In this document: positions 8,925 through 20,464 of the stretch, in pieces
Position numbering within the stretch: the first letter of the stretch is position 1
How the letters are laid out: each line of letters begins with the position of its first letter
NCBI GenBank assembly: GCA_965221125.1
Contig: CBDCRW010000005.1
Coordinates: forward strand, 352,001 to 416,000
Source: Alphaproteobacteria bacterium
GTDB lineage: Bacteria; Pseudomonadota; Alphaproteobacteria; UBA828
Direction of reading: 5' to 3'
DNA length: 64,000 bases
Notes under the pieces: model-generated
Told to the model about the DNA's origin: nothing
Database searches by the model: none
What the model saw: the letters and a program-made list of their open reading frames with translations, nothing else
Translations under genes and position numbers: made by a program

Positions 8925-9020
8925 GGCACCTTCACGAATGCGGCATTGCGGCCGGTCGCGCTTCCCGCCCGTGCCCCGCCTCGCCTATAATCCCCCTGAA
9001 GCGAGACCGCGGGGGTAGGC

Positions 9021-9377
9021 ATGCAGATCGCCATCACGGGCCGGCACGTCAGCGTCAACGAGAGCTTTCGCGAGCAAGTGACGCAGCGCCTCGAGACGTC
9101 GACGGGCAAGTTCTTCGCCTCCGCCATCGACGCGCAGGCCGTGTTCGCCAAGGTCGCGCAGATGATCGAGACCGACCTCATGATCCACGTCGGCCAGGGG
9201 ATCAGGTTCCAGAGCCACGCGGCGGCAGCCGACATGACGGCGAGCTTCAGCATCGCCGCCGAGAGGCTGGAGAAGCGCATGCGCCGCCACAAGCGGAAGC
9301 TGCGCGATCACCACAAGTCGCCGCGCGGCGCCAAGGCCTCGGGCGACGCGGAGTTCTCTCCGCAGCCGGCCGACTGA
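9021..9377 (+). CDS. hpf: Ribosome hibernation promoting factor (short form)
   Basis: MQIAITGRHVSV..., RLEKRMRRHKRKLRDHH; directly upstream of ptsN. Confidence 0.85.
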   Translation: MQIAITGRHVSVNESFREQVTQRLETSTGKFFASAIDAQAVFAKVAQMIETDLMIHVGQGIRFQSHAAAADMTASFSIAAERLEKRMRRHKRKLRDHHKSPRGAKASGDAEFSPQPAD

Positions 9378-9458
9378 GCGGCGCCGCGGCCGGGCGCCGG
9401 CCGCCGCCAGCTCCGACCACCTGCCGCCTTCAGGGGCAACCAACAGAGCGATCGGACA

Positions 9459-9923
9459 ATGGAGATCGCGGACCTGCTGTCGTTGGACGGCGTTGCGGAC
9501 GCGCTCAAGGCAGCCAGCAAGAAGCAGGCCCTGCAGGAGCTTTCCGCCATCGCCGCAGCCCAGACCGCGCAGGACGAACGCGCGATCCTCGACGTCCTGC
9601 TGGCGCGCGAGCGCCTCGGCTCGACCGGGGTCGGCAGGGGAGTCGCGATCCCGCACGGGAAGCTCGCGGGCCTCGCACGGATATCGGCCGTGTTCGCGCG
9701 CCTGCGCGAGCCCATCGAGTTCGACGCGGTCGACGGGCGGCCGGTCGATCTCGTCTGCCTGCTGCTGGCGCCGGAGTCTGCGGGCTCGGATCACCTGAAG
9801 GCGCTGGCGCTGGTCTCCCGCCTGTTGCGCGACGAGCGTGTCTGCGCCCGCCTGCGCGGGGCGGACAGCGCCGAGGCGCTCTACGCCGTGCTCGCCGGTG
9901 CGTCGGGCACCGCCGCGACGTGA
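9459..9923 (+). CDS. ptsN: PTS EIIA(Ntr)
   Basis: RERLGSTGVGRGVAIPH, FDAVDGRPVDL, HLKALA. Confidence 0.93.
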   Translation: MEIADLLSLDGVADALKAASKKQALQELSAIAAAQTAQDERAILDVLLARERLGSTGVGRGVAIPHGKLAGLARISAVFARLREPIEFDAVDGRPVDLVCLLLAPESAGSDHLKALALVSRLLRDERVCARLRGADSAEALYAVLAGASGTAAT

Positions 9924-10390
9924 GCGCCCACCGCCCGCGCAGCCCCATGGTGCTGGTCCACGCGAGCTGCGTCGCCCTGGAGGGGAGCGGCGTGCTGCTG
10001 CGAGGCACCCCCGGTGCCGGCAAGTCCGACCTCGCGCTCCGCCTGATCGAGGACGGGGCTCGGCTGGTCGCGGACGACCAGGTAGCGCTGACGAGCAGCG
10101 GCGGGACGCTGCTGGCCGCGCCGCCGGCGCGCATCGCGGGGCTTCTCGAAGTGCGCGGGATCGGGATCGTCTCGATGGACTTCGTCCCCCGGTGCCCGGT
10201 TCGTCTCGTGGTCGATCTCGTCGCGCCCCAATCGGTCGAACGCATGCCGGAGGTAGCAAACGTCGCGCTCTCCGGCCATCGGCTGCGGCGCGTGGCGCTT
10301 GCTCCGTTCGAGGCGTCGGCGCCGGCCAAGGTCAGGCTTGCGCTCGCCGCCGGCGAGGCGCGCGCGCTGGCAACGCCTTCGGCCGGGTGA
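9920..10390 (+). CDS. hprK: HPr kinase/phosphorylase, short alphaproteobacterial type
   Basis: VHASCV, GxxGAGKSDL, LVADDQ, GLLEVRGIGI. Confidence 0.88.
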   Translation: MSAHRPRSPMVLVHASCVALEGSGVLLRGTPGAGKSDLALRLIEDGARLVADDQVALTSSGGTLLAAPPARIAGLLEVRGIGIVSMDFVPRCPVRLVVDLVAPQSVERMPEVANVALSGHRLRRVALAPFEASAPAKVRLALAAGEARALATPSAG

Positions 10391-11304
10391 TGGCCGCCCA
10401 GCGCACCGCCGAGCGGACCCTCGTGCTGGTGACGGGCATGTCCGGCGCCGGCAAGTCGACGGCGCTCAAGATTTTGGAAGACCTCGGTTACGAGGCGATC
10501 GACAACCTGCCGCTCTCGCTGCTCTCGGACCTGGTCCGGGAGAGAGACGACGGTAGCCGCGAAGGCGCGCTCGCTCTCGGCATCGATTCGCGCACGCGGG
10601 GGTTCGACCCCGGCGACATCGAGCGCTACCTCGGCCCGCTGCTGGGCGCACGCGGGCCCGACGTCATCGCGCTGCTCTTTCTTGACTGCGAGACGGAAGT
10701 GCTGCGCCGGCGCTTCAGCGAGACCCGCCGCCCGCACCCGCTGGCCCACGACCGCCCGGTCGACGAGGGAATCCAGCGCGAGCGGGCGCTGCTCGGCTGG
10801 CTCCGCGAACGGGCGGATCTCACCATCGATACCAGCCGGCTTTCCGTCCGCGATCTGCGCGGCATCATCGCCGCCCGCTTCCAGCCGGAGGCCGAGCACG
10901 GGCCGGCGGTCTTCGTGCTCTCCTTCGCCTACAGCCAGGGCGTGCCGCCGGAGGCCGACTTCGTGTTCGACGTCCGCTTCCTCCGCAATCCCCATCATGT
11001 GCCCGCGCTGCGGCCGCTCACCGGGCGCGAGCCCGAGGTCGCGGATTACGTGCGGGAGGATCCGGCTTACGCCCCCTTCTTCGACGGCATGGTTGCGATG
11101 CTCACTCCGCTGCTGCCGGCCTTCGAGCGGGACGGCCGGTCCTACCTCACCGTGGCGCTGGGCTGCACCGGCGGGCGCCACCGCTCCGTCGCCGCGGCGG
11201 AACACCTGGCCGCGGCGCTGGGGGGCGGCCGCTGGCAGGTCACGCTACGCCACCGGGACCTCGAAGCCGGGGACGGCGAGCGGGAACGGCAGGCGGTGGG
11301 CTGA
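10390..11304 (+). CDS. rapZ: RNase adapter RapZ (YvcJ family)
   Basis: VTGMSGAGKS, DNLP, RRPHPL, FDVRFLRNP, GCTGGRHRSV. Confidence 0.93.
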   Translation: MAAQRTAERTLVLVTGMSGAGKSTALKILEDLGYEAIDNLPLSLLSDLVRERDDGSREGALALGIDSRTRGFDPGDIERYLGPLLGARGPDVIALLFLDCETEVLRRRFSETRRPHPLAHDRPVDEGIQRERALLGWLRERADLTIDTSRLSVRDLRGIIAARFQPEAEHGPAVFVLSFAYSQGVPPEADFVFDVRFLRNPHHVPALRPLTGREPEVADYVREDPAYAPFFDGMVAMLTPLLPAFERDGRSYLTVALGCTGGRHRSVAAAEHLAAALGGGRWQVTLRHRDLEAGDGERERQAVG

Positions 11305-11308
11305 GCCG

Positions 11309-11716
11309 ATGATCGGCCTCGTTCTCGTCACCCACGGGCGCCTCGCCGAGGAATTCGTCGCGGCGACCGAGCACGTCGTCGGGCCGCAGCCGCGCACGCG
11401 CGCCGTCTGCATCGGCCCCGACGACGACATGGAGCGGCGCCGCCGGGACATTCTTGACGCGATCGGCGAGACCGACGCGGGCGACGGCGTGATCGTGCTC
11501 ACCGACATGTTCGGCGGCACGCCGTCCAACCTCGCCATCTCGGTCATGGAGGGCGCGAACGTCGAGGTCATCGCCGGCGTGAACCTGCCGATGCTAATCA
11601 AGCTCGCGAGCGTGCGCTCAGGCCACGATCTGCGGAGCGCCGTGGCGGCGGCCCAGGAGGCCGGGCGCACCTATATCCATGTCGCGGGCCGGCTGCTCGA
11701 GGACGACGGGGCGTGA
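11309..11716 (+). CDS. manX: PTS EIIA, mannose/fructose type (stand-alone)
   Basis: MIGLVLVTHG, LTDMFGGTPSN, GVNLPML. Confidence 0.9.
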   Translation: MIGLVLVTHGRLAEEFVAATEHVVGPQPRTRAVCIGPDDDMERRRRDILDAIGETDAGDGVIVLTDMFGGTPSNLAISVMEGANVEVIAGVNLPMLIKLASVRSGHDLRSAVAAAQEAGRTYIHVAGRLLEDDGA

Positions 11717-12012
11717 GCGAGACCGCGGCCGAGTGCAGCAAGGGAAGCCGCGGGCGCACCTGCCTGATCGGCAACCGGCGAGGTTTGCACGCCAGGGCGG
11801 CCGCGAAGTTCGTCAAGACCGCCTCGGGCTTCGACGCCGACGTCACCGTCTCCTGCAACGGCACGCGGGTCTCGGGCCACTCGATCCTGGGCCTGATGAT
11901 GCTGGCGGCGGGGCCGGGCAGCGAGATCAGGATCGAGACCTCCGGCAGGGACGCGGACGCGGCGCTCGCGGCGCTCGCCGGGCTGGTCGAGGGCGGCTTC
12001 GATGAAGACTGA
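11713..12012 (+). CDS. ptsH: HPr/NPr phosphocarrier
   Basis: GLHARAAAKFV, SILGLMMLAA. Confidence 0.92.
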   Translation: MSETAAECSKGSRGRTCLIGNRRGLHARAAAKFVKTASGFDADVTVSCNGTRVSGHSILGLMMLAAGPGSEIRIETSGRDADAALAALAGLVEGGFDED

Positions 12013-13795
12013 GGCCGTCGCGCGCCCGGCGGCCGAGGCGCTGGCCGAGCGGCCCGAGCGGCACTTCAAGGGCCTCGGCGTCTCCGCCGGCATCGCGGTG
12101 GGGCCGGCGCACGTGGTCGAGCGCGGCCTCATCGACGTGCCGGAATACCGTATCGAGGACGATGCGATCGAGGCCGAGATCGCGCGCTTCCGCGAGGCCG
12201 TCTCGCTCTCCGTCTCGCAGATCCACAGCCTGCAGGCCAAGGCCGAAACGCTGCCGGAAGAGGTCGCGGGCCAGCTGCGCTACCTGCTCGACGCGCACCT
12301 GCTGATGCTCTCCGGCTCCCGGCTCGTGCGGGGCGTCGAGGCCCGCATCCGGGATGCGCGCATCAACGCCGAGGCGGCGATTCAGATGCAGCTCTCGGAG
12401 ATCGCCCAGGCCTTTGCCGGGATGGAGGACTCGTATCTCGCCGGCAAGATCGACGACGTGCGGGAAGCGAGCGGGCGCCTGGTGCGCAACCTGACCCGCG
12501 CCGGCTACCAGGCGTTCTCCGGCGTCGCATCCGGCACCATCGTCATCGCCGAGGAGATCACGCCGGCCGATACCGCGCTCATGGACCCGGCGCGCATCGG
12601 CGGTTTTGCGGCGGCGCACGGCGGGGCCGAGGGGCACACCGCGATCATGGCGCGCTCGCTCGGCCTGCCGGCGGTGCTCGGCGTGGCGGGCCTCGCGGGC
12701 GCCGTGCGCTCGGGCGACGTGGTGGCCGTGGACGGGGTGCGCGGCGGGCTCGTGGTCAACCCCGGCGAGGCGACGATCGCGCGGCTCGAGCGCAGGCGCC
12801 GCGCGCTGGAGCGCCGCGAGCGCCAGCTTGCCCGGCTGCGCCAGGTGGCCGCGGTCTCGCAAGACGGCGAGCGCGTGACGCTCCAGTGCAACATCGAGCT
12901 GCCCAACGAGCTGGCGCAGGCGCAGGAGGCCGGCGCGGAGGGCATCGGGCTTCTGCGCAGCGAGTTCATGTACATGAACCGCGACCAGCCGCCGAGCCAG
13001 GACGAACAGTACGTCGCGTTGAAGGACATCGTCGACGGCATGGAGGGGGCGCCGGTGACGGTGCGGACCCTCGACGTGGGCTCGGACAAGCTCGCCTACT
13101 CGCTCGGCGCGCACATCACGCCGAGCGTCAATCCGGCGCTAGGCCTCCGCGCTGTGCGGCTTTCGCTCAAGACGCCGGCGCTGCTGGAGGCGCAGATCGC
13201 GGCGATCCTCCGTGCCGGCGCCCACGGGCCGGTGCGCATCCTGGTGCCGATGATCACCTCGGTCGACGAGATCAGGGCCGTGCGGAAGGCGCTGGACAAG
13301 ATGGTGCGCAGGCTGACCCGCGCGCGGGTGCCGATCGCCGATGCGCCGCCGCTCGGCATCATGATCGAGACGCCGGGCGCTGCGCTCGCGGCGGATGCGC
13401 TGGCCGGCGCCTGCGATTTCTTCTCCCTCGGCACCAACGACCTCACCATGTACACGCTGGCGATCGACCGCGGCGACGACCAGGTGGCTCACCTCTACGA
13501 CCCCCTCCATCCCGCGGTGCTCCGGCTCATCCGCTTCGCCACCGACGCGGCCCGGCGTGCCGGCATTCCGGTCAATCTCTGCGGCGAGCTTGCGGGCAAT
13601 CCGCGCTTCACCGCGATGCTGGTGGGCTTCGGCCTGCGCGATCTCTCCATGGCGCCGCCCAACGTGCCGCGCGTGAAGCAGCGCATCCTCGGCCTCGACG
13701 CTTCTGCCGCGGCGCACCATGCGGAGGAGCTGCTGAGCCAGTCCGAGGCGGGACGGATCGCGAAGCTGATCGACGAGTTCTCGAATGGAAAGTAG
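12002..13795 (+). CDS. ptsI: PEP-protein phosphotransferase, enzyme I (no GAF domain)
   Basis: [39 protein letters not shown]. Confidence 0.92.
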   Translation: MKTEAVARPAAEALAERPERHFKGLGVSAGIAVGPAHVVERGLIDVPEYRIEDDAIEAEIARFREAVSLSVSQIHSLQAKAETLPEEVAGQLRYLLDAHLLMLSGSRLVRGVEARIRDARINAEAAIQMQLSEIAQAFAGMEDSYLAGKIDDVREASGRLVRNLTRAGYQAFSGVASGTIVIAEEITPADTALMDPARIGGFAAAHGGAEGHTAIMARSLGLPAVLGVAGLAGAVRSGDVVAVDGVRGGLVVNPGEATIARLERRRRALERRERQLARLRQVAAVSQDGERVTLQCNIELPNELAQAQEAGAEGIGLLRSEFMYMNRDQPPSQDEQYVALKDIVDGMEGAPVTVRTLDVGSDKLAYSLGAHITPSVNPALGLRAVRLSLKTPALLEAQIAAILRAGAHGPVRILVPMITSVDEIRAVRKALDKMVRRLTRARVPIADAPPLGIMIETPGAALAADALAGACDFFSLGTNDLTMYTLAIDRGDDQVAHLYDPLHPAVLRLIRFATDAARRAGIPVNLCGELAGNPRFTAMLVGFGLRDLSMAPPNVPRVKQRILGLDASAAAHHAEELLSQSEAGRIAKLIDEFSNGK

Positions 13796-13914
13796 TGCCG
13801 CGCCAAGGCAGAGGCGGCGCCGGTTGTGAGCCCCCGGCGGCGATGCTAAAAGCCGCGCCGGCAGCGGATCGGATGTCGCGCGCCGAAGCGAACGTGTACT
13901 CAGGGAACAGCGCG

Positions 13915-15210
<1,296 letters not shown>

Positions 15211-15268
15211 CGATAGGGCGCCCGGCGCCACGGGAAGCGAGCGCGCCACGCCGCGCGAGCCGCTGACC

Positions 15269-15742
15269 GTGCGCGTGCGGACCCTCGCGGATACCGAGAG
15301 GCTGGCGGCGTGCCTCGCCCCGCACGCGGCACCCGGCGACGTGATCGGGCTTTGCGGGGCGCTCGGCAGCGGCAAGACCGCGTTCGCGCGGGCCTTCATC
15401 CGCGCGCGGCTGGGCCGGGATGCGGAGGAGGTGCCGAGCCCCACCTTCACCCTGGTGCAGCTCTACGAGCACGCGGCGGGCGCGATCTGGCACTTCGACC
15501 TCTATCGGCTGAGCGAGGCGAAGGACGCCTACGAGCTTGGCATCGAGGACGCGTTTGCGGGCGCGATCTCGCTGATCGAGTGGCCGGAGACGCTGGGCGC
15601 CATCCTGCCGGGCGACTGGCTCCAAGTGCATCTCGCGCCGGGGGAAGACGAAAGGGAGCGGCTCGTCACGATCGCCCCGCACGGCCCGCGCGCCGGCGCG
15701 CTCGCCGAAGCGCTGGTCCAAGACCCGGAGCGGGACGGGTGA
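15269..15742 (+). CDS. tsaE: t6A biosynthesis ATPase TsaE
   Basis: GALGSGKT, VPSPTFTLVQ, HFDLYRL, LIEWP. Confidence 0.93.
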   Translation: MRVRTLADTERLAACLAPHAAPGDVIGLCGALGSGKTAFARAFIRARLGRDAEEVPSPTFTLVQLYEHAAGAIWHFDLYRLSEAKDAYELGIEDAFAGAISLIEWPETLGAILPGDWLQVHLAPGEDERERLVTIAPHGPRAGALAEALVQDPERDG

Positions 15743-16746
15743 ACGATCGAGATCGCGAGCGCGAACGGTGGGCTTTCGTCGCAGACGCGGGCTGGGGCGG
15801 TGCGGCGCAGGCGCCGCTCGCGGGCGATGCCTCGGCGCGGCGCTACGCGCGGCTCGCGCAGGGCGGCGCGACGGCGGTGCTCATGGACGACCCGCCGCCG
15901 GGGCACTCGGTCGCCGCCTTCGTGCGGATCGCGCGGCTGCTGAGCGGCATGGGCTACAGCGCGCCGGAGGTGCTCGCGGCGGACGAGGAACAGGGCTTCG
16001 CCCTGCTCGAGGATTTCGGGGACGACAGTTTCTCGGCCCTGCTCGCCGGCCCGGCGGCAGCGTCCCTCGAACGCACGCTCTACGAGGCGGCGACCGATTT
16101 TCTGATCGACCTTCACCGCCGGCCGGTGCCGCCGGGCCTCTGCCGTTACGATGCGGACTGGATGCTCGACGACGCGACACTCTTCCTGGAGAGCATTGGC
16201 GATGAGGCGATGAACGCATCCATGGCGGCGGAATTCGAGGCGGCATGGCGGGCACCGCTGGAGGAAGCCGCAGCCGGTCCGCAGGCGCTCTGCCTGCGGG
16301 ATTTTCACGCCGGCAACCTGATGTGGCTGCCCGCGCGCGGCGAAGGGAGCGAGGGGCGTGCGCTCGGCCGCGTCGGCCTGCTGGACTTTCAGGACGCGCG
16401 CGCAGGCCCCGCCGCCTACGACCTGGTCTCGCTGCTGCAGGATGCGCGCCGCGACCTCGGCAGCGGGCTGGAGGCGGCGATGATCGCACGCTACCTGCAG
16501 GCGTCGCCTGGCGTGCGTGAGGCGAAGTTCCGCGCGGCCTACGCCATCCTCGGCGCGCAGCGGGCGGTGCGGATCATCAGCGTCTTTCACCGCCTCGCGC
16601 GGCGGGACGGCAAGCCCGCCTACCTCGCCCATCTGCCGCGCGTGTGGGGGCACTTCGCCCGCGATCTCGCCCATCCTGCGCTCGCGCCGGTGCGGGCCTG
16701 GATCGAGCGCCGGTGCCCCGCGCGCATGGAGCGCGCCGCGCCGTGA
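15739..16746 (+). CDS. amgK: MurNAc/GlcNAc kinase AmgK-like (APH fold)
   Basis: LAGDASARRY, LLEDFG, RDFHAGNL, LDFQDA, YDLVSLLQD; lies between tsaE and the nucleotidyltransferase. Confidence 0.82.
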   Translation: MNDRDRERERWAFVADAGWGGAAQAPLAGDASARRYARLAQGGATAVLMDDPPPGHSVAAFVRIARLLSGMGYSAPEVLAADEEQGFALLEDFGDDSFSALLAGPAAASLERTLYEAATDFLIDLHRRPVPPGLCRYDADWMLDDATLFLESIGDEAMNASMAAEFEAAWRAPLEEAAAGPQALCLRDFHAGNLMWLPARGEGSEGRALGRVGLLDFQDARAGPAAYDLVSLLQDARRDLGSGLEAAMIARYLQASPGVREAKFRAAYAILGAQRAVRIISVFHRLARRDGKPAYLAHLPRVWGHFARDLAHPALAPVRAWIERRCPARMERAAP

Positions 16747-17486
16747 CCGCGCAACCCTCGCGCGGGATGGTGCTGGCCGCAGGGCTGGGCACCCGCATGC
16801 GCGCAGTGAGCGAGACGATCCCGAAGCCGCTGGTGCCGCTTGCCGGCAAGCCGCTCCTCGCCCACGCGCTCGAAAGCCTGGAGCGCGCCGGGGTGGGCGA
16901 GGTCGTCGTCAACACCCACCACCTGGCGGAACAGATCGAGGATTTTCTTGCCGGCCGAGCGGCCCGGCCCGGCGCGCCCCGCATCCGCATCTCGCGCGAA
17001 GAGGAGCGGCTGGAGACCGGCGGCGGCGTGCGCCGGGCGCTTCGATGGCTGGGCGACGACGCCTTCTACGTGATGAACAGCGATGCCGTGATTGCCGAGC
17101 GCGGCACGCCCGCGCTGGCGCGCCTGGCCGGGGCGTGGGAGGGGGAAGCGATGGATGCGCTCCTGCTCCTCTGTCCGCTCACGTGCGCGCTCGGCTGCGG
17201 GGGCGCCGGCGACTTCTTCCAGGGCGGCGACGGGCGGCTCGCCCGGCGCGGGACGGCGGCGCGCGCGCCCTACGTCTTCACCGGCGTGCAGCTTCTCCAT
17301 CCCCGGCTCTTCGCGGATGCCCCCGCCGGCGCCTATTCGCTCAACCGCCACTACGACGAGGCGATGGGCGCGGGCCGCCTGTTCGGCGTCGTGCATCGCG
17401 GCCACATGCTCCACGTCGGCTCGCCGGAGGGGCTGGCAGCGGCCGAGCGCTTCCTCGCAGGCGAGGGAGGGGACGGGGAGGGATGA
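16743..17486 (+). CDS. murU: Nucleotidyltransferase, MurU-like
   Basis: MVLAAGLGTRMR, PKPL, LETGGG, NSD. Confidence 0.8.
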   Translation: MTAQPSRGMVLAAGLGTRMRAVSETIPKPLVPLAGKPLLAHALESLERAGVGEVVVNTHHLAEQIEDFLAGRAARPGAPRIRISREEERLETGGGVRRALRWLGDDAFYVMNSDAVIAERGTPALARLAGAWEGEAMDALLLLCPLTCALGCGGAGDFFQGGDGRLARRGTAARAPYVFTGVQLLHPRLFADAPAGAYSLNRHYDEAMGAGRLFGVVHRGHMLHVGSPEGLAAAERFLAGEGGDGEG

Positions 17487-20464
17487 GCGACGGCACGCCC
17501 ACCGTCTACACGGTGCCGCCCTGGCAGCCGTTCGTCGACTCGCTGGCCGGCGGCATCCTGTCCGGCCGGGCGGTGCCCCTCGACCCCGGCGACCCGCTGG
17601 CGCTGAGCCGGCTCACCATCCTGCTGCCGACGCGCCGCGCCTGCCGGGCGCTCGGCCTCGCCTTCCTGCGGGCGGTGCCGGGGCGGGCGCTGCTGCTGCC
17701 GCGCATCCGACCCCTCGGCGATATCGACGAGGACGAGATGAGCATCGGCGACGAAGACGACGCGGCGCTGCCCGACGCCGTCTCGCCGCTGGAGCGCCGG
17801 CTGCAGCTCACCCGGCTGGTCCAGAGGTTCATCGAGACAGCACGGAGCACGGCGCTCACCGGCGCGGGCGGCGTGGACCAGGCCTCGCGACTGGCGCGGG
17901 CGCTGGCGTCCCAGCTGGACGAGATCCAGATCGCGCGCCTCGACCCCGACGCGCTCGCCGCGCTCGCGCCGGAGGAGTACGCGGCCCACTGGCAGGAGGT
18001 GCTGCAGTTCCTCGCGATCATCATGGACCAGTGGCCGGCGCACCTGGCGGAGCAGGACAAGATCGACCCGTGGGCGCAGCGCGACGCCCTGCTGACGCGC
18101 CTCGCCGCGCGCTGGCAGGCGGAGCCGCCGGCGCATCCCGTGATCGGCGCGGGCTCGACCGGGAGCGTGCCGGCCACGCGCGACCTGCTGGCTGCCATCG
18201 CGCGCCTGCCGCAGGGCATGGTCGTCCTCCCGGGCCTCAACGGGGAGGCGGACGACGAGACGTGGGAGGCCATCGGCCCCACCCATCCGCAGTACGCGCT
18301 GAGGGGGCTGCTTGCCCATATCGGCGTCGCGCGCGGGGAGGTGCAGCCGTGGCCTAGCGGCACCGGCGCCGGAGAGGCTGCCCGCGCGCGCGCGCGGCTG
18401 ATCGCCGACGCCATGCGGCCGGCGGAAACGATCACCGCCTGGCGCGCGCGGCCGCCGCAGGGGCCAGAAGCGCTCCGCGACGTTCACCGCATCGACTGTG
18501 CCAGCCCGCAGGAGGAAGGCGGCGTCATCGCCATCGTCATGCGGCGGACGCTGGAGACCCCTGGCCGCACCGCGGCCCTCGTTACCATGGATCGCGCGCT
18601 GGCACGCAGGGTCGCGGCGGAACTCCGGCGCTGGGAGATCGCGGTCGACGATTCGGCCGGCGTGCCGCTCGGCGAGACTGCGCCGGGCGCCTTTCTCCGG
18701 CTCACCGCGCGGATGATCGCGGAGGAAGCCGCGCCGGTCCCCCTGCTGGCGGCGCTCAAGCACCCGCTCGCGGCGGGCGACATGGCGCCGGCGGCGTGGC
18801 GCCGCGCCGTCCGGGCGATGGAGCAGAAGATCCTGCGCGGACCCAGGCCCGCACCGGGCTTCGCCGGCCTGGCCGCGGCGCTGACGACGGACGATGCCGC
18901 CATCGGACGCTGGCTCGCCCGGCTGGAGGAGGGCGCCGCGTCGTTTGCCGCCCTGATGGCCGGGCCGGAGGCCGCGCTGGGCGATCTCGTGCGGGCCCAC
19001 GCCGCGTTCGCCGAGTGGCTCGCGGCCAGCGACGGCGAGGAGGGGGCCGCGCGGCTCTGGTCCGGCGAGGCAGGCGAGCAGGCTGCGCGCTTCGTCGCCG
19101 GCCTCGCGGAGTCCGCCTCGGCGCTGCCGCCCGCAGCGCCCCGCCACTATCCGGCGCTGCTGGATGCGCTGATGGAGGACCACGTGGTCCGCCCGCCCTT
19201 CGGCCGCCATCCCCGCCTGCAGATCTGGGGTCCCCTGGAGGCCCGCCTGCAGCACGCGGACTGCATGATCCTGGGCGGGCTCAATGAGGGCGTCTGGCCG
19301 CCGGCCGCGGCAGGCGATCCGTGGATGAGCCGGCCCATGCGTTCTGACTTCGGCCTGCCGCCGCCGGAGCTGCGCATCGGGCTCTCGGCTCACGACTTCG
19401 TCCAGTGCTGCGGCGCGGCGGAGGTCTATCTCACGCGGGCGCGGCGCATCGAGGGGACGCCCACGATCCCGTCCCGCTGGCTCCAGCGGCTCGATGCGCT
19501 GCTGGCGGGCGAGCCCGGCGGGGCTGCCGCGCTACGGACCGTGGAGCCGGCGCTCCTCGCCTGGTGGGCGGCGCTCGACCACCCGGCAGACGCGCCCGGC
19601 CCCCTCCCGCCGCCCGAGCCCAGGCCGCCCGTCGCGGCACGGCCGCGGCGGCTCTCGGTCACGCGGGTCGAGACCTGGATCGCCGATCCCTATTCGATCT
19701 ATGCGCGGGACATCCTGCGGCTCAAGCCGCTCGATCCCATCGACGCGGACCCGAGCGCGGCGGAGCGTGGCAGCATCATCCACCGGATACTGGACGCCTT
19801 CGTGCGCGCCCACGGGCACGCGCTGCCGGCGGATGCCGAGGCACGCTTGCGGGCGCTCGGCCAGGCGGAATTCGAGGCGGCGGGCGCGCGGCCCGGCGTG
19901 CTCGCCTTCTGGTGGCCGCGCTTCGAGCGAATCGTCCGCTGGTTCGTGGAGACCGAGCGGGCGCGCCGACCCGCACTCCAACCGCTCGCGACCGAGGTGG
20001 AGGGTGCTCTCGACCTCGACGCACCCGGCGGCGCCTTCCGCCTCACGGCGAAGGCAGACCGCATCGACAGGACTCACACGGGCGCGCTGGAGATCATCGA
20101 CTACAAGACCGGGGGGGTGCCGCCGAAGACGCACGTCGCCGACGGCAGGCGGCCTCAACTTTCCTTGGAAGCGGCGATCGCGGCCGCCGGTGGCTTTGCC
20201 GGCGTGGACGCGGCCGAGGTCGCAGCACTCGCCTACTGGCGCTTGAGCGGCGCCGAGAGCGCCGGCGAGATCACCGCGATCGGCGGCGATGCCGAAAAAC
20301 TCGCGCGCGAGGCGGCGGACGGCCTGCACGCGCTGGTCGCGCGCTTCGACGATCCGGCGACGCCCTATCACCCGGTGCCCCGGCCGGCGCTGGCGCCGCG
20401 CTGGAACGACTACGCCCACCTCGCCCGCCACAAGGAGTGGTCGGTGCCCGGCGGAGAGCCGTAA
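17483..20464 (+). CDS. addB: Double-strand break repair protein AddB
   Basis: LLPTRRA, GSTGS, WGPLEARL, LSVT, C-terminal nuclease ADRID..IIDYKTG; ATG at 17483. Confidence 0.93.
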   Translation: MSDGTPTVYTVPPWQPFVDSLAGGILSGRAVPLDPGDPLALSRLTILLPTRRACRALGLAFLRAVPGRALLLPRIRPLGDIDEDEMSIGDEDDAALPDAVSPLERRLQLTRLVQRFIETARSTALTGAGGVDQASRLARALASQLDEIQIARLDPDALAALAPEEYAAHWQEVLQFLAIIMDQWPAHLAEQDKIDPWAQRDALLTRLAARWQAEPPAHPVIGAGSTGSVPATRDLLAAIARLPQGMVVLPGLNGEADDETWEAIGPTHPQYALRGLLAHIGVARGEVQPWPSGTGAGEAARARARLIADAMRPAETITAWRARPPQGPEALRDVHRIDCASPQEEGGVIAIVMRRTLETPGRTAALVTMDRALARRVAAELRRWEIAVDDSAGVPLGETAPGAFLRLTARMIAEEAAPVPLLAALKHPLAAGDMAPAAWRRAVRAMEQKILRGPRPAPGFAGLAAALTTDDAAIGRWLARLEEGAASFAALMAGPEAALGDLVRAHAAFAEWLAASDGEEGAARLWSGEAGEQAARFVAGLAESASALPPAAPRHYPALLDALMEDHVVRPPFGRHPRLQIWGPLEARLQHADCMILGGLNEGVWPPAAAGDPWMSRPMRSDFGLPPPELRIGLSAHDFVQCCGAAEVYLTRARRIEGTPTIPSRWLQRLDALLAGEPGGAAALRTVEPALLAWWAALDHPADAPGPLPPPEPRPPVAARPRRLSVTRVETWIADPYSIYARDILRLKPLDPIDADPSAAERGSIIHRILDAFVRAHGHALPADAEARLRALGQAEFEAAGARPGVLAFWWPRFERIVRWFVETERARRPALQPLATEVEGALDLDAPGGAFRLTAKADRIDRTHTGALEIIDYKTGGVPPKTHVADGRRPQLSLEAAIAAAGGFAGVDAAEVAALAYWRLSGAESAGEITAIGGDAEKLAREAADGLHALVARFDDPATPYHPVPRPALAPRWNDYAHLARHKEWSVPGGEP

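Noticed and set aside
8840-8930. Complete tRNA-Thr gene
   Set aside because: Upstream sequence cannot form the D-arm, the 5' acceptor strand or the 5' anticodon stem; only the 3' half is present.
13796-13914. SAH riboswitch upstream of ahcY
   Set aside because: The expected GAGGAGCG...AGGCTC core is not recognisable; an Rfam scan would settle it.
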